This document shows positions 26,224 to 39,676 of a DNA stretch of 64,000 nt, piece by piece. The position numbers were made by a program, and so were the translations under genes. The notes beneath the pieces are model-generated. The model searched no databases, was not told the DNA's origin, and saw nothing but the letters and a program-made list of their open reading frames with translations. The stretch comes from Nageia nagi (Eukaryota > Plantae > Pinophyta). The stretch spans positions 98,518,001-98,582,000 of the forward strand of contig JBITNC010000001.1 in the NCBI GenBank assembly GCA_050084985.1. The letters run 5' to 3'. Each line of letters opens with the position of its first letter. Position 1 is the first letter of the stretch.

Positions 26224-27586
26224 CTGCAAAGAAATTTATCAAGATGATACAGTGCATTTATGAATTATAAGTTACTCAAATACAAACATGGCATGGTGTA
26301 AATTTCAAGTCACTCAATCTTTTTACATAGACGGATCACAGTTACACCAGTAATGGAAATAATATGCAAAAACAGAAAAGCATGCTGAAATAAGTTACCA
26401 GCCCTGCAAAAGCAATAACATTGAAAATTGCAGCAATTTTCCATTCCCTTTTCAAATACTGTGCTACTCCAGCCCTACACAGACAAACCCAAAACATAGT
26501 ATTTAAAACAAGAAACATAAGCATATGCAAATAAAACAAATAATAGTTATAGTTTACTCTGGATTTGAAACTTCGAATGTAGCCACATACTTGCATGAAT
26601 TGCAGTTATAACATTTGACTGCTCGAGTATTTTTATAAATTTTGCAATCCTTGTTGGAACTGACAGGATTAAAGCTCAAATCATAAAAGGATGCATTTCT
26701 GGCTGGATAACCACATCTAGAATAGCAACATTATGCTTAAAAGAGTTAGTTCAGCACAGAAATAGCTCTAGTGTCTTCTGAAAGGCCCAAGAAAAGGCTA
26801 ACATAGAATACATACTTCTAAAGTCTTTATTCTCTCAATTTTTTGTCATTTCAAAGTATCAAACTAGTTTGTAACATGTTAACCTTAATATCAATAATTG
26901 ATTAACAAATTAGCACAAAACAATTATTATGCAAGATGCTAACCAAACTAGAAAAACAGCTTACTCGGATGGAGGTCTGCAGCAACCAGCTTTGATTGGA
27001 CTTAGTTTGGCCCTTTTATATTGCTTAAGAGTCTTCAAGAAAATTCAAAAGCTGCACTATATCATTTTCCACATAAATCTAACAGAATTCACCACAAAAA
27101 AAAATGTTCTTAAGAAGTTGACTTTTATAGACCTCACCTTGTATTCTTTAATCAAATTATTACAGTAATCAGGTTTTACTAAACAGCTCTTCAAATGTTT
27201 CCAGTTACCGGTCTCTTTTAGCTGGAATAAAGCATATCCACAGTAATGACTCGTATAGTCTCTAAATCAAAGTCCAAGAGACAAAAAATACAAACTGTCC
27301 AGAAAATTGCTCTCTATGTGAATGTGTCCCTTACTTGATTTTGAAACCACCGGGAATAGTCTTCAAGACGATATTCTTTATATCTGCATAGCTCATATTA
27401 ATAGAGCAGGCAATTAAAATACTGAGCTTCAATTGAAATAGAGAGTTGAAACAGAGTAGTTTACGAGACATGAACTACTTTTGTTATTCTACACAAGGAA
27501 AATAGGAAAAAAAACAATGATTTTGTTTTTCAGAATACCTTTGGCCTGCAACTGTATGACCTTCACCATTGTTTGTTATGATGAAC
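26155..27586 (-). CDS. TET10: Tetraspanin (TET10-like), 3' part: 7 exons, 520 coding nt; 5' exons not found in the window
   Basis: GT-AG exons join in frame to FIITNNGEGHTVAGQR-YKEYRLEDYSRWFQNQ-LKETGNWKHLKSCLVKPDYCNNLIKEYK-TLKQYKRAKLSPIKAGCCRPPSE-CGYPARNASFYDLSFNPVSSNKDCKIYKNTRAVKCYNCNSCK-AGVAQYLKREWKIAAIFNVIAFAGL-VLLYCVGCYARRNASSAHHSKM*. Contains the plant tetraspanin GCC(K/R)P signature. The intron-rich layout and YDLSF..SSNKDC motif match the TET10 clade as I recall it. Confidence 0.93.
26399..26474 (-). CDS. TET10: TET10-like exon (AGVAQYLKREW...FAGL)
   Basis: gtgtag|G GCT...CTG|gtaact, 76 nt. Confidence 0.93.
26591..26716 (-). CDS. TET10: TET10-like exon (CGYPARN...CYNCNSCK)
   Basis: ttctag|A TGT...TGC AA|gtatgt, 126 nt. 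Confidence 0.93.
26965..27032 (-). CDS. TET10: TET10-like exon (TLKQYK...GCCRPPSE)
   Basis: tgaag|ACT...TCC GA|gtaagc, 68 nt, GCCRPP motif. Confidence 0.92.
27138..27221 (-). CDS. TET10: TET10-like exon (LKETGNWKHLKSCL...EYK)
   Basis: ttccag|CTA...AAG|gtgagg, 84 nt. Confidence 0.92.
27335..27383 (-). CDS. TET10: TET10-like exon (YKEYRLEDYSRWFQNQ)
   Basis: tgcag|A TAT AAA...CAA|gtaagg, 49 nt. Confidence 0.92.
27539..27586 (-). CDS. TET10: TET10-like exon (x-FIITNNGEGHTVAGQR)
   Basis: atag|G TTC ATC...CAA AG|gtatt, 48 nt, phases consistent. Confidence 0.9.
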
Positions 27587-28489
27587 CTATGTCAAATAAC
27601 ATTCAAACAGACTTCAATTATGGAGAAATTCCAACTAATTTTGTTCAGAGGAGCTTTACTTTATCAAACAGAACTTCAAAAAAACAATACATTTAGCACA
27701 ATATAAAGCACATGAATAAACCAAAATCCTTGAATAACTGGCAAGGATTTGCAAAAATTTGACAAGAATGTGTGCAGAAGTCAGTAAACTTTTGGTTTCC
27801 ATCTCTCTTGGAATAATCTAGGAACCATTATTGCAGGAATCATATTGCTGACATAAAACAATTATGGCAGGAATCATCCCTGTGTAGCTTATTTCTTTGT
27901 ACATAGTAACTAATAATTGACATACAGTTGGGTTAATTACTTAATAGAAAAATATTAAAGGTTTCAACGACTTGTGCAGCAAACAATCTGCAGAAACTGC
28001 TATCATTCTAAATTGTGAAATCTGATCGCAGCCAATGCACTTTATTAGTGTCACATTGTGAAGTTTCATTCAATCATTATTCACCACAATAATACATTAA
28101 CTATAATAAATGATATTAACTATTTCCATTGAACCCTATTTTTATTTATCTATATTACTTTCAATTGAATTTTGGTGTCTGTCAAGTAATATATTTTTGG
28201 TTTTTGTCTCTTTTGCCTAATTGAATTTGTTTTCTTAGATTGCATCTCTAAAGCCTGTCTTCACACGATGAAGAGATAATTCCCTTACCGTCAAAATGTT
28301 GAGACAAATGATTATTTGGTTGCTGATGTATAAACCACAATCATTGCCAGAAGTTGATGAGGATATAAGGCAAGAATGAGAGAAGTTGAGCAACATCACT
28401 TGATGTAGTTATGTTGTGCTAATTGTGCATGCATGTCTATGTGTGCACAACAGAATCTTACAAATTTTAGATAATATCTCTATCCAAAC

Positions 28490-29020
28490 CCTTGAATCAT
28501 AAGCCTAAATCTTGGAAGGATGCTCTTGTAGGGGACCATGCAAATAGGCTTACAAAAACTGCAAAAATATGATAGATTCTTGTGTCTTCTTGTTTTTGGT
28601 TGGGTTGAGTGAGGGTGTTGAAAGGTCCCACAACTTTTTTACATTTAAATCTGTAACAAGTGGATCTACAAGTGGGCAAGTATCTCAATTTGTAGGGGTG
28701 GGATTGGAACCTGGGACTTTCTTTGCAACAGGTAGGAGTTTCCCCACCCAAGGTTCACCAACTCCCCTAACAAGTGGAGATTTTATTAGACTTATTTATG
28801 AATAGATATAATTCATGCAATATTTGGACATGAACCACCAACTGATGGGGTGATAAAAGAGGTTTTGCCAAACCTTCAGTTAAAAATCCAATCTCATGCA
28901 ATAGAGCTTGAGCAAAGTTTTCTTTGTTGCTAGCAATGTGCCATTGGATGATCCCTTTAGGCTGCAAAATACTCAATATGCCAAACCTTGCTCACATCGG
29001 AATGACTCCAAGGGCAAGTC
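28490..29020 (+). pseudogene. Possible LINE ORF1 N-terminal remnant
   Basis: KPKSWKDALVG followed by degenerate coding-like sequence. Resembles plant L1 ORF1 N-termini, weak support. Confidence 0.3.
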
Positions 29021-29021
29021 T

Positions 29022-30360
29022 TGTTTTACAACGTGGCTACCAGCTCACCAACAACTTTTCGGGATGGGGATGGGGATCTGAAACACACCAAATACAAATG
29101 CACACAAAACAATAATAATTCCATAGGGCAAAATCTGGTTTCTTTTATATTTTGTCTTTTCAATAAAAAAAGCTTCCAACTACAACAAATTATAGGTAAC
29201 AAAGACAATGGATTACAATTTATGTAAGCAAGGTAGCTACAAATCACTAAACACACCTCAAAGAGCTGTTCAAACAGATGTAACACCTTCAAAACTCAAG
29301 ACAAACCCCACAAGCATTGGACGAACAGCTGTATTATTGTTTCCAAGCTAGATGACTGCTGGACAGATTTCTCAGAGTTGTCCTTAGTCAATTATCTCAG
29401 CAAATAACACCCTCAAGCCTTTATCCTGCTGAACAAAGGCTGATATGCCCAAAATTGTGCCAATATTGGATTGTCTTCACCAAAGCTCTACCAAAATTGC
29501 ACAGAAATACCCTTCAGACCTAGACGTTGCACCTTGAAGGGAAAATATCAAGTGATCTAGACACAAAATGTCCTCACAAGCATGAACATGGCTCCCTTGA
29601 CAGTTCTAGCCTTTATAACCTACAAAACAGTCCTCTCAAGGTTGATGTCTTACTCCAATACCCTCCAAAGGCTGGATCTCTACTTAGAAACTTCTAACTT
29701 GCCTTCCAATATGCAGATTTGCACTTCAGCTTCAATGATGCTCCTCAAATCAAGCCCAAATCACTAACCCTGATGTGTATTGGTCAGATCCAATTGGGTA
29801 GATAGCTCTAAGGATCTGATCCTTCAAGCCTCCATTGAATTTATCTCCAATGGGAACCCCAAAAAACTCTAGTAGAATGCAAGAGTCCAAAAAAACAAAG
29901 CTCTTCCAAATTCCAAATTCACCCCTTCCAAATGACCAACTCTTTCTCTAAAATAGTCTTGGAAATATTAATTTAAGCCTCTTGACAATTACAAAAGTTT
30001 GCCTCATAACAGTTACAAATCCTCTCCTATGGCAGTTACAAAAGCATTAAATAATACCTTAGACTTTGACCTCATAATTGTTGCTTTTGCCAAAATGGCA
30101 GTTACAAATTCTAAAGAAATTTAATACTGCTTTATCATCCCAACCATCAAGCATAAAACATGTACCAAGTCAATGACATTAATTAATACTTTTTTCTTGA
30201 CATAAAACTATTCTAAATACATAACCAACTCCCTAAACACTTATACTAATAATAAAACTTCTCAAAACACACTAACCCACCCCTTAAAGGCCCACAAACA
30301 CAATAAAACATAAATTAGAATATTTTGGGACATTAAGAATCGGGTTGAAGGATACTACCA
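29022..30360 (-). repeat. LTR-like remnant (~1.3 kb)
   Basis: TG...CA bounded, C/A-rich on + strand like other reversed LTRs here, end reads ...GGTTGAAGGATACTACCA. No TSD seen. Confidence 0.4.
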
Positions 30361-32699
30361 AACTGTAAAGATGAGCTATTTCCATATCTTGTATTTTATA
30401 ATATGATTTAACTTTGACATTATCGCACATACGTGAAACATGGATCTATATGGATATTTGGAAGGTCAAGCACTCATGGTAACAACCATCTTTTTGTAAC
30501 TTTTGTTAACAAGCATTATTGAACTTGTCATTGTGAATCTTCTGATTAATATTTTCTTGTTACATATATTACTTGTGTGTCATCTATCTACTATTTTTAT
30601 TTTTATACAATTTGGTATATAACAAGTAGTGTACTACCAAGTTCTTGGCTACCTACAATAAGTGAAATTGAGGCTTGTGAGGCTTATAAAAGATACATGT
30701 CTAATAAAGGACTATTGTCCTGTAAATTGATTGTTCTTGTTATTATATTTCAGTTACTACAGATTTGACCTCTTGAGGATCTAAGATCCACAAAACCCAA
30801 TTTGTTTTTGCAACAAACAAGAACTTTGAGAATCCATCTACAATAGGAGAAAAGGGAAGCATCAAACAATATCTAGCCCACCACGGGACGTATCCCGTTG
30901 GATGCATCATATCAAGGTAATCAATCACAACTAGATATATACACGGAAAACCCCAGGAGTACCCAATTTCAAAGGATTATCATTGTTTATCATGCATGAA
31001 AGATTAGCTCAAATCTCTAAAACAAAAGCAAAATTAAAAAAAGTAGTGTTAAGATCAATATCAGAACAGTAAGAGCACGTTGCAGTTTCAGTTTCAAGTA
31101 ATTCTAAGCCAAGCACAAAGCGGTCATCAGCTCTGTGCAGGTTTGCAAAAAAGCAATCAATCCTGTTTTTTCAAGAGCATTCAGTTCAAAGCAGTTTCTG
31201 GTGGTACCATCTAGCTTCAAGACACCTCCTCGAAGGTCATTTTTGTAAATTTCTAGGGTATAAAAAAGATATTTTTTAGCTATGTAAAATGCTAAGCGAG
31301 CAAGAATGAACGAAGAGCAATTAAATTGAGTCAAATTCCAGTAAACAGAAAGAAAATTTTAGAAATATGGCTTCAAAATCAACATCAGGACAATCAAAGG
31401 GCTCCTTGAGGCAAGTTTCATGTCATTGGAAGGCCAACAAGACCGCCATCAATCATATGCCTCATTGCGGGGCTGCCATCAGTCCTTTTTTTTTTAGGAA
31501 ATTCCAGGTCAAATAAATTTCAAAAGATGCGTGACAGGTTCAACATGTAATTTCCAACAGTTTCAACTCAGAATGGTCAATTTTTAGCTCAAAGAAGCTC
31601 CATTTTCAATTGTCAAAAATTCCAAAAAATCAAGAAAAATCAGAATGTCCTCCAAAGGTAATGTAATCATCAATGCTAAACAAGGTAAACACTAGCAGCA
31701 AATCGTCGTATATGTATGAATATTATCATTTTAGAAATTTTCATTTGGCAAGTTTGGCAAAACCCAATGTCCACCTTCTCGTTGATTTTTAGGGAGCAAT
31801 ATTAAATACATGGGTAGCCTTGCCAACAATTTACAATAATTTTACTTGTTGACAATATAAATAGTCTTTAAAAAAACATGAGAGTTGTTCCATTTAGCCT
31901 TGAAATTATAAAAAGTGTCATTTATTCCAAAGAAATTGCCACTTGTACCCCATCATATATATAAACTAAATGCAATACAATCATTGGATATGATATTTCG
32001 TAAACCCATTTGATCTGTAATTGGAGCAATAAGCTACAGAAATCATTTAGGAAGCGAAGTCATCTTCTTGTATTTAAAAATCTCCATCACAATGATAGAA
32101 CCATGAGGTATTCCCCACCACCATTAAATTTTAATTTTTTGAAATGTTGCAAATGAGACAAATGTTGAATGACAAGGCGAATGCCTCGTCGACCAACAAG
32201 GCCGTATACATGCAAAATAACAAGGCTGAATCCATGCAAAATGACAAGGCCAAAGCCCTATCAAATGACAAGGCAAAAGATCAATCATTCAACAATGCCA
32301 ATGCCATGTCAAACAACCTATCTTTTACAATTTCATTTATGTAACCCATAATTATAATGGGACATCTATTTAATTGTATTGCTCTGTAGAAAATATTACA
32401 AGTTTTGTTCTTGGAAATAGAATAAATCAAACTACATTGAAGAGAAAAAGAGATTTTTTATCGTATTTTAACCAACAATCCATCGAATTTACAGGTACCA
32501 ATGTAGACAGAGTGAATTCTTCTTTAAATTTTCATGTGTACATTTTAAAGTAATAGAAGTTGCATGTAGAGACATCAACAAAAAAATGCAAGATACCATA
32601 AAAAGATGAAATGCCACCCCTTGAAGACAAACCTTTTGAGAAAGACAACCATAATTAGATTGACATGCCTTGGGACTATATTCCATCAATCATATCTGA

Positions 32700-35600
32700 A
32701 AGCAAATCAAAGGTAATCAAGATACAACAACCACAAATGAACCTACAAATGAATTGTAAGAGCATACACAAAAATATAGGTCAAAGAAGATGAAGTCAAG
32801 TAGATGGACGTTTGGAAGGACTTTTAAGCTTGAATGGGTATCAAAATTTCTTATCATTGAATAGATAGAAACGCAAAGCATTGATGAGCCTCCAACTAAA
32901 TATAAATGCATCATTTGCAGTTGGAAACCAGGGAAGGATCATAAACTGCAACTCAAGAGTAATACAATCAAAAAATATTGCGGAAAAGTGTATGAGCCAG
33001 TAATTCAACCAGATGAAGAAATATTAGAACCACAAGGTGGAAGAATGTTTAGGAATGCCTACATATGAGATACACATAGGAGTATGAATCTATACAGAGT
33101 CAGCAAAGAATTCTTAATGAGAAGGAAGGCACACTTTCAGCCCAATTCGGAAAAGTTTTGAAATTTGCTTTATTGTCCAAGACTGTGCAATTTGTTGTTG
33201 TATTCAATATTCTCAAAAATGGTAGACCTATTTCTGATTTTCTTGATTATAGGAACTTGTTTCAATTTGTTGATGTGCATCAATTTTCCAACTCCCATTG
33301 GTAAAAAGGTACTGCTTGGGAAATGGCAAAATCTCTTTCAATGATTGAGAAAAAATATTTGAAGGAGAAAGTGAAACGTGCACAATTTATCTCTTTTTCT
33401 ATCAATGAGGTGACAGTTGTTGACAATACCTTTTGGGTTTGTATGGATATCTATACAGTTGAAAATAATGTGCAAAAACCTAATCTACTTGTAGAGCACA
33501 AAATGTGAAGAATCTCAAAGGATTCGATAAGTGAGAAACTTAATGAGTTCCTCAATTGTTCAACTCTAATGATGTAGCAATAATAAGATAATCATTGTAC
33601 ACTAATCAATAACACAGCAGAAGCAAATACATAAGTTGAACTTGCAGCCCATGATCATAAGAAATACTTGGTTTGAATTTAATCAAACATTCAACAATAA
33701 TCTCCAACACACTACACACCTATGCTCTGAAACTATGCTCTCTTGGAGCTACAAACATGGAGTTTCTCTGTAAGGAGAAATTTGTTCATTATGTTCTACA
33801 ACACTACAAGTTTATATAGATTTAGGAAATCACTAGTAAACAATCCTAGAAGTTTAACAAGCATTATTCCTGCAGTATTACATCAAAGCCACGAAGCTAA
33901 CAAACTTGAAACATAGCACACCAAGAAAAGAAAAATGCCTAAACTGCTAAATCTTTCTACTAACATAAAAACAGGTGATCGCACGTGTTTAGGTAAAATG
34001 CAGCTGCGATGAAGTCCAATCGCACTCAATCTTAAGCCAAAATGCCCGCAATCAAAAGCAAGATTGAAGACCAACTGAAGCACACCTGAAGCCGAACTGA
34101 AGTCTGCAATTTGTAGATGATCGCATACGATCTTGTATAAATGCTTGCAATTGGGTTGAAACATTTACGATTCTAAAGAATTGCACTTTTCTGAACAAAG
34201 ACTGAATGATCTTCATTTTGAGGCCAAATTAGGATAATGTGGAAGTCCAGTTTCCAACAAAATGGTGGAGAGCTGTAATTCTGGAAATCTTATTCAACTT
34301 GTTGTAACAAGTTTGAAAGATATAGCTGGATGATCATGCAATAGCAACTATGTTAATTCGTGTTGAAGCTGATAGAGTAGTTGTAATGCAAGGTCATAAG
34401 AATGGTGTGTGTGTTCGACTTTAGACTTTAGTTCCACCATATATGATACCTATGCATTGCATGGCTCATAGAATGAATCTTGCATACAAGATCATTATCA
34501 ATTTCAAAAATTTTGCAAAGGTTGAAGACCTTATCGTTGAAATACATTCTTATTCTTCCTATAGTTTAAAAAGGTTTCTAGAGTTCCGACAATTTGTAGA
34601 AGGAATATCCAAAAGTAAAAAGTTACTTTAAAAAATTGATTCAAGATGAATCTCTTTATATAAACCTGCTCGTAGAGTTTTTCAAGAGCATTTAGCTTTG
34701 ACAAGTTTAATATGGAGACATTGAATGGATGTTAATAAGGCAAAGGATTTGCTAACCCATTTGATAGATTTCGAGACATTGCTCACATTGTGTGGTATTC
34801 TTCCAATGTTGGATAAAATGAATAATTTGATGAAACATGCTTAAGAAAGATCAATATATATTGTTGACTTCATATGTTTGAGAAAATGAGTACGCCTTAC
34901 ATTAGATAATGTATACATATATGGGGAATCATTTTCGAGACCAAAATTTGTGAATTGGAATATTATAACAAATATAAAGCATCCACAAAAATTTTTAAAG
35001 TTTGATTTCTTTGATCATTTATGTTTATTAATTCATGGAGCTGAGATAAAAATGAAAGTTATTCAAGTATGAACAGAGTTGGCAATACCTGATGTCCAAG
35101 AAGTTTCCATGACTGGATTATTATTTGAGAATACTATAACTGATTCAAAAAGGAAATTGATTAAAATTGTTTAATATTTAACAAGTGAAATCCAAGACCG
35201 TTTTGAAAGAGATGAGTTGCTTGAGGCCGTGGCTGAAATAAACACCAATTTCTGACATGTTGCCCTAGAACAATCAAAAAATAGTATGAAGATGTTGTAT
35301 CCTAAAAGTTTGATTGATTTGGCTAAGCATTTTTGTAAAACAGTTGAAGTAAATAATAGCGAAATTTCAGGTATTTTGAATGGTGAACATTTGAAGGATC
35401 AATCAACTTGTTTTGCTTTAACAATGATGGAACAAGTTAATGATTGATAATGCAAAATGTGATGCTATAAGACGATTGTGGAGAAAATTGGATATGAGAA
35501 GTATTTTGCATGACACAAGAAGTGAATATTTTGCATTAAGCAACTTGTGTGAGACAATCATCTTTGGGATTTGTGGAAGATAAAAGGGTTTTTAGCGTAT

Positions 35601-35750
35601 TAAGTTTTGTAAAATCTAAAGTTTGTAACAGATTCGATAAAAATTTGGAAAAATTGTTTAAAAATGTATATTTCATGTTATCATCTAAAACGATTTCCTT
35701 ACGAAAGGGCTTTAGAGGTATGGCAAAGTTTTAAAAATAGAAGAGGTATC
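32700..35750 (+). pseudogene. Decayed hAT transposase
   Basis: AQFISFSINEVTVVDN, HCMAHRMNLA (CxxH), C-terminal GFVEDKRVFSVLSFVKSKVCNR (hAT dimerisation-like). Frame LLVEHKM|VESCNSGNL is restored when the solo LTR is removed. Confidence 0.85.
33506..34259 (-). mobile_element. Solo LTR (754 bp)
   Basis: TG...CA ends with a perfect TSD AAATG (33501-33505 / 34260-34264). TATA on the minus strand at ~33810. Confidence 0.9.
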
Positions 35751-36266
35751 ACTAATAACACAACAAATTCAAATGATTTAAGCTTTGTCAGTTAATGTGT
35801 AAAGAAATAAACATCACAGAGACAAACATCTTACAAGCATGGTGATGTTGATAACAAAGTTGAGAAAGAATCTTGGAAGTTACCTGTAAAATCCAAATTT
35901 ATTCTCAACGTAGGAATTAGCAAAACAAATATCAAGTTATATCAAAATACACATCCAGGCATGCCACAAACTGATCGAGGGCATCAAACATGTACCAAAA
36001 TATGCCATAAATGCCAACGACTCATTCTACAAGCAAAATCACATTTAAATTGCCCAACGCCACATACAAGGAAGCAAGATTATGTCAAACGAACACCAAT
36101 ATGAGACAAGAATGTGAGATCAAGTGTGCCACGGCTGAATTAACGTAAAAATGATGAATGTAATACAAACCAGGCCCAAAAGGGCTCAACATTGGCCTCC
36201 AAGGAGCCAACTAGGGCACACTGATGTGCAAAGATGAATATTGTTGCAGATATACTGTAGAACAAC

Positions 36267-36776
36267 TGAAATATTGTGAATATCTAAACTCCTTGTAAAT
36301 TCAATTAATCACTTAAGGGTATGTAGATACCTTAAGAGATTAATAGAATTATTTAATATGTAGACTTTGACTTTACCAAAGTGGTTAGTTGGTAGGTTGA
36401 AGTTTGGTGATACATTTAATGTAACCCTAACCTTACCCTTGGGTTAAAGGAAGGTTAGGGAGGTGCTCTAAAGCTATAAATAGAGGGCCTCTCCTCTTGT
36501 AACATATCTAAGTCTAGGAGTAAGATTACTCTACTTGGTTGTGTAGGAGAGAGCTAGAGAATAGTTGTAAGAGAGACATATCAAGAGAATAAGAGAACTA
36601 GTTGTGGATGTACTCCCAAGGAGGGAGGAACCACATTATATTGGTGTCATATTATGTGAATAATGTTCTTAGAATTATAGATGTGTTATCTTGAGTGATT
36701 ATGTTATCTTGTGTACACTTGAGTTTCCTAGTCTAAGGTCCTAGAGGATTTGTTTAGATCTAGTTCAAATCCTTCA
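36267..36776 (+). repeat. 5' LTR (510 bp)
   Basis: TGAA...TTCA termini, TATAAATA at 36475, followed after 2 nt by the PBS. Confidence 0.95.
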
Positions 36777-36778
36777 AT

Positions 36779-36791
36779 TGGTATCAGAGCC
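36779..36791 (+). promoter_or_regulatory. Primer binding site for initiator tRNA-Met
   Basis: TGGTATCAGAGCC, complementary to the 3' end of plant tRNA-iMet. Confidence 0.95.
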
Positions 36792-37627
36792 TTGTTGAGG
36801 AAGCTCTTCTTTTGGTGTGGAAGCTACATCTTGGAGGTTCTTCATCCTTCTTCACTCCTCATCTTACACCCCTTGGTGAGGTAAATTTTAAAGAGCAGGT
36901 ATAAAGTTCCTCCTCATTTGGTCATTTTTTTTATTATTACATAATGCTACTAACACATTATTTGCTATGTGTTAGTCCTTTTTAAGTTATGATTAACAAG
37001 TTGCAATTTTTTACTAATCCTCTATGTTACTTGCAATTTTAAATTGCTATAGTTCTTTTAAAGGGTTAGTATACAACAATTGTAATTTGTTGTTCATGTT
37101 ATATTGAACTTAAAAGTATGTGTTGGTTCAATTATATATGATGCAAAATTGCAATATTTGTACTAACATGTTTTTTTTGTATTATGTTATTACTATTTAC
37201 TTAAAATAGTAATGTATTTTCTCATATATACTATCATTAGTGAGTTATTGATATGATCCTAAGCAAAAGGCATCAACATTTCCAAAAATAAAAGGAGGAC
37301 AAATTTTTTTTTAGGGCACAATAATATATTCCAAAGATCAATATAATATATATATAATATATATATGTATATATATTTTTATTTTTTTTTGTTGTTGTTT
37401 AAAATATAGTTAAAATATATATATATTATATATATATATATATATTTATTTATTTTAAATTTGTTTAAAAGCACAAATATTTATATATATTTTTATATTT
37501 TAAATCTGCTTAAGATATTCAAAAATATATATATGTTTTTTTATTGTGTTTTTAAATTTATTTAAAATCAAACTAAATTATATTGGGGGGGTCATTAAAA
37601 TAAAATTATTATTCACGAATTATATTT

Positions 37628-38330
37628 GGAGGGGGGTTCAAACGACGCGTAGCGCGCGAATACGCCTCCCGCCCGCCTCCTCCTCCTCCTCGCGCGCCAC
37701 GAGCCGCTCCTCCCGCCCCCGTTTCCTCCCGTCTGCTGGCCTGCGCCTGCCTGCCGGCTCTCTCCCGCGATGCTTGCTCTGGGTGCCACAGATGACCCGC
37801 TCCTTGCAACAAACACTGACTGGCCTCCACTGCTCGCTGGATATCCCTACATTGGCTCCATTGCCGATGTGCACGCGCTTGTTTCACAGATGCACGATGC
37901 AGCCTCCTTCCTCCCCATATCGCAGGCTATGCCCACCACAGCTACTACGTCTGTGCTTGTTTTCCCATGCTGCCTGGTCTGCGTGCGACCTCTCCTCCCC
38001 TTCTCGCCTCCAACGTGATCCAACCCAACTCATCTCGATGGCCCCTGATTCGTCCGCAATGCGGGGCAGCTGAGACCCTTGCTCGGAGGCTATGATGCTC
38101 AGTCTCTTCTGGCGTGCTATGATCGCAGGATATCCACCCTCTCCCGGCCGCCCTGCTCGCGACTTGGCTGGTCAACTACCTGCCTGGCCACCCTACGCGG
38201 CCTCCGCCCGCCACTTCTCACGCGCCCTCCACCTACTCTCCAAGCCGACTTTGGCCCATAGGAGACATTGGCCTCCTCCTGCCACCTCTGCCCCGCTGCT
38301 CCACCACCCTGAGGCTTACACTTGGCCCCT
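37628..38330. other. GC/CpG-rich island in the copia leader, preceded by (AT)n tracts
   Basis: Abrupt switch from AT-rich microsatellite sequence (37340-37530) to C-rich, CpG-dense sequence. Confidence 0.8.
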
Positions 38331-39676
38331 TCACATTTTTTTGTCAACTTTAGTTGTTGAGCCTTCATTTTTTACCCACTACATATTTACTTTGATTTTT
38401 TTTTTTTTTTTAAAACAAGAAGAGGGGGAGTCATATTTTAACACTACAAAGCATTTAATTGTTTATTGACTTAGGAGTATTTTTTTTTTGTGCTTAAAGT
38501 TGGCGACGCATTAAAAATTGGGGTATGGGTATCCTATTACAACTTGCACACTTATTCTTCTTAGGCCTTTTTTACTTCCTTGCTTACAAGTCAATTGCTC
38601 CCATTAAATGCACTTAGGAGTACTTAGCCTATTTCTAATATTCTACTCAACCTTGCATGTTTAATTTAAGTGCATATGCAATCTCTAAGCATAAAGGGAT
38701 ACAACTTTAAGTAAAAAGGGGGGAATTAGTATAAATTTTACTTAAATTTTATCTAGATGTTGCATGCTAGACTTATGATGCATGTATCTTTATCTTGTTT
38801 GAAGAATATGCTTAGGACTTAAATTTTTAATGCATGATGCATGCTTACTTAAATTTTTAAGTAATGAAACAATGCATGTTATGAATTAAATACTAAGTAG
38901 GACTTAGTTCTTTGTTTAATTCATTAAGTGCTTAAAAAAATTGAGAAAATATGAACAATGTAAAAGTCCTTTAGGGGTTAGTACAAAACCCATTGGACTC
39001 AATTTTTGGCCTCTTAAGGTTTCAAGTTCGTGTGGATGGAGTATTTTTCACTTTACTTTATATTTTTTGCACATTTGCTTATACTTGCAATATGCAAAAA
39101 TTTGAAAAGTAACCCCTAAAATGAATACATTCGCACGTATTTTCCACAACATGACTTGTTTGGGGAGCCATGAGGTGAGGACAGGGCAGACTGGAGCCCT
39201 TTTAGTCCGAAGAACCGAGTAGTGGTAAGTCCGTCTTAATTGCCCCTAAGACCTCTGTTGGATTGGACATAACTCTATTAGGTGGAAAGGCATGTGTGTA
39301 GTGATACCACATGTCCGCACGTCCATTCAGGGATTATCCTGATAACCTAGGACGAAAACTAAAAACCTTAATCAAGATAATTAAAATGGCCGGTCCAAGA
39401 TACGTCGGATCCTTGGAAAATAGTAGGTACTTCTCCTTGTGAGAGTATATCACTGACCAAGGTGAACTGGTTGAGGACTGGTAGTACCTGGGCTCCACCT
39501 TGCGGGCATCCAGGTGAAGGTCTAATTCTATACAAGAAAACAACCCCAACTTTATGGATCGTGGTTAATAAGTTTGCACATGTGGGACATGTTTGCTTAT
39601 TAGATGTTTTATATGTATAGATGGAAAAATTGTAAAAGTTTACATTCTTATTGCATATTTATTTGTTTTTGTAGCA

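Noticed and set aside
27815-27840. Tetraspanin NNGS exon candidate
   Set aside because: An in-frame TAG follows immediately. The real exon is at 27539-27586.
30355-30392. Tetraspanin TM3 exon candidate (LIFTV on the minus strand)
   Set aside because: Flanked by in-frame stops, too short, and it sits at the edge of an LTR-like remnant.
36423-36460. Interstitial telomeric repeat
   Set aside because: Only single CCCTAA/TTAGGG words forming a hairpin inside an LTR, not an array.
37546-38469. Host protein-coding gene in the overlapping GC-rich ORFs
   Set aside because: Low-complexity Arg/Pro/Ser/Ala ORFs on both strands are expected from high GC content. No domain is recognisable and the block lies inside the copia leader.
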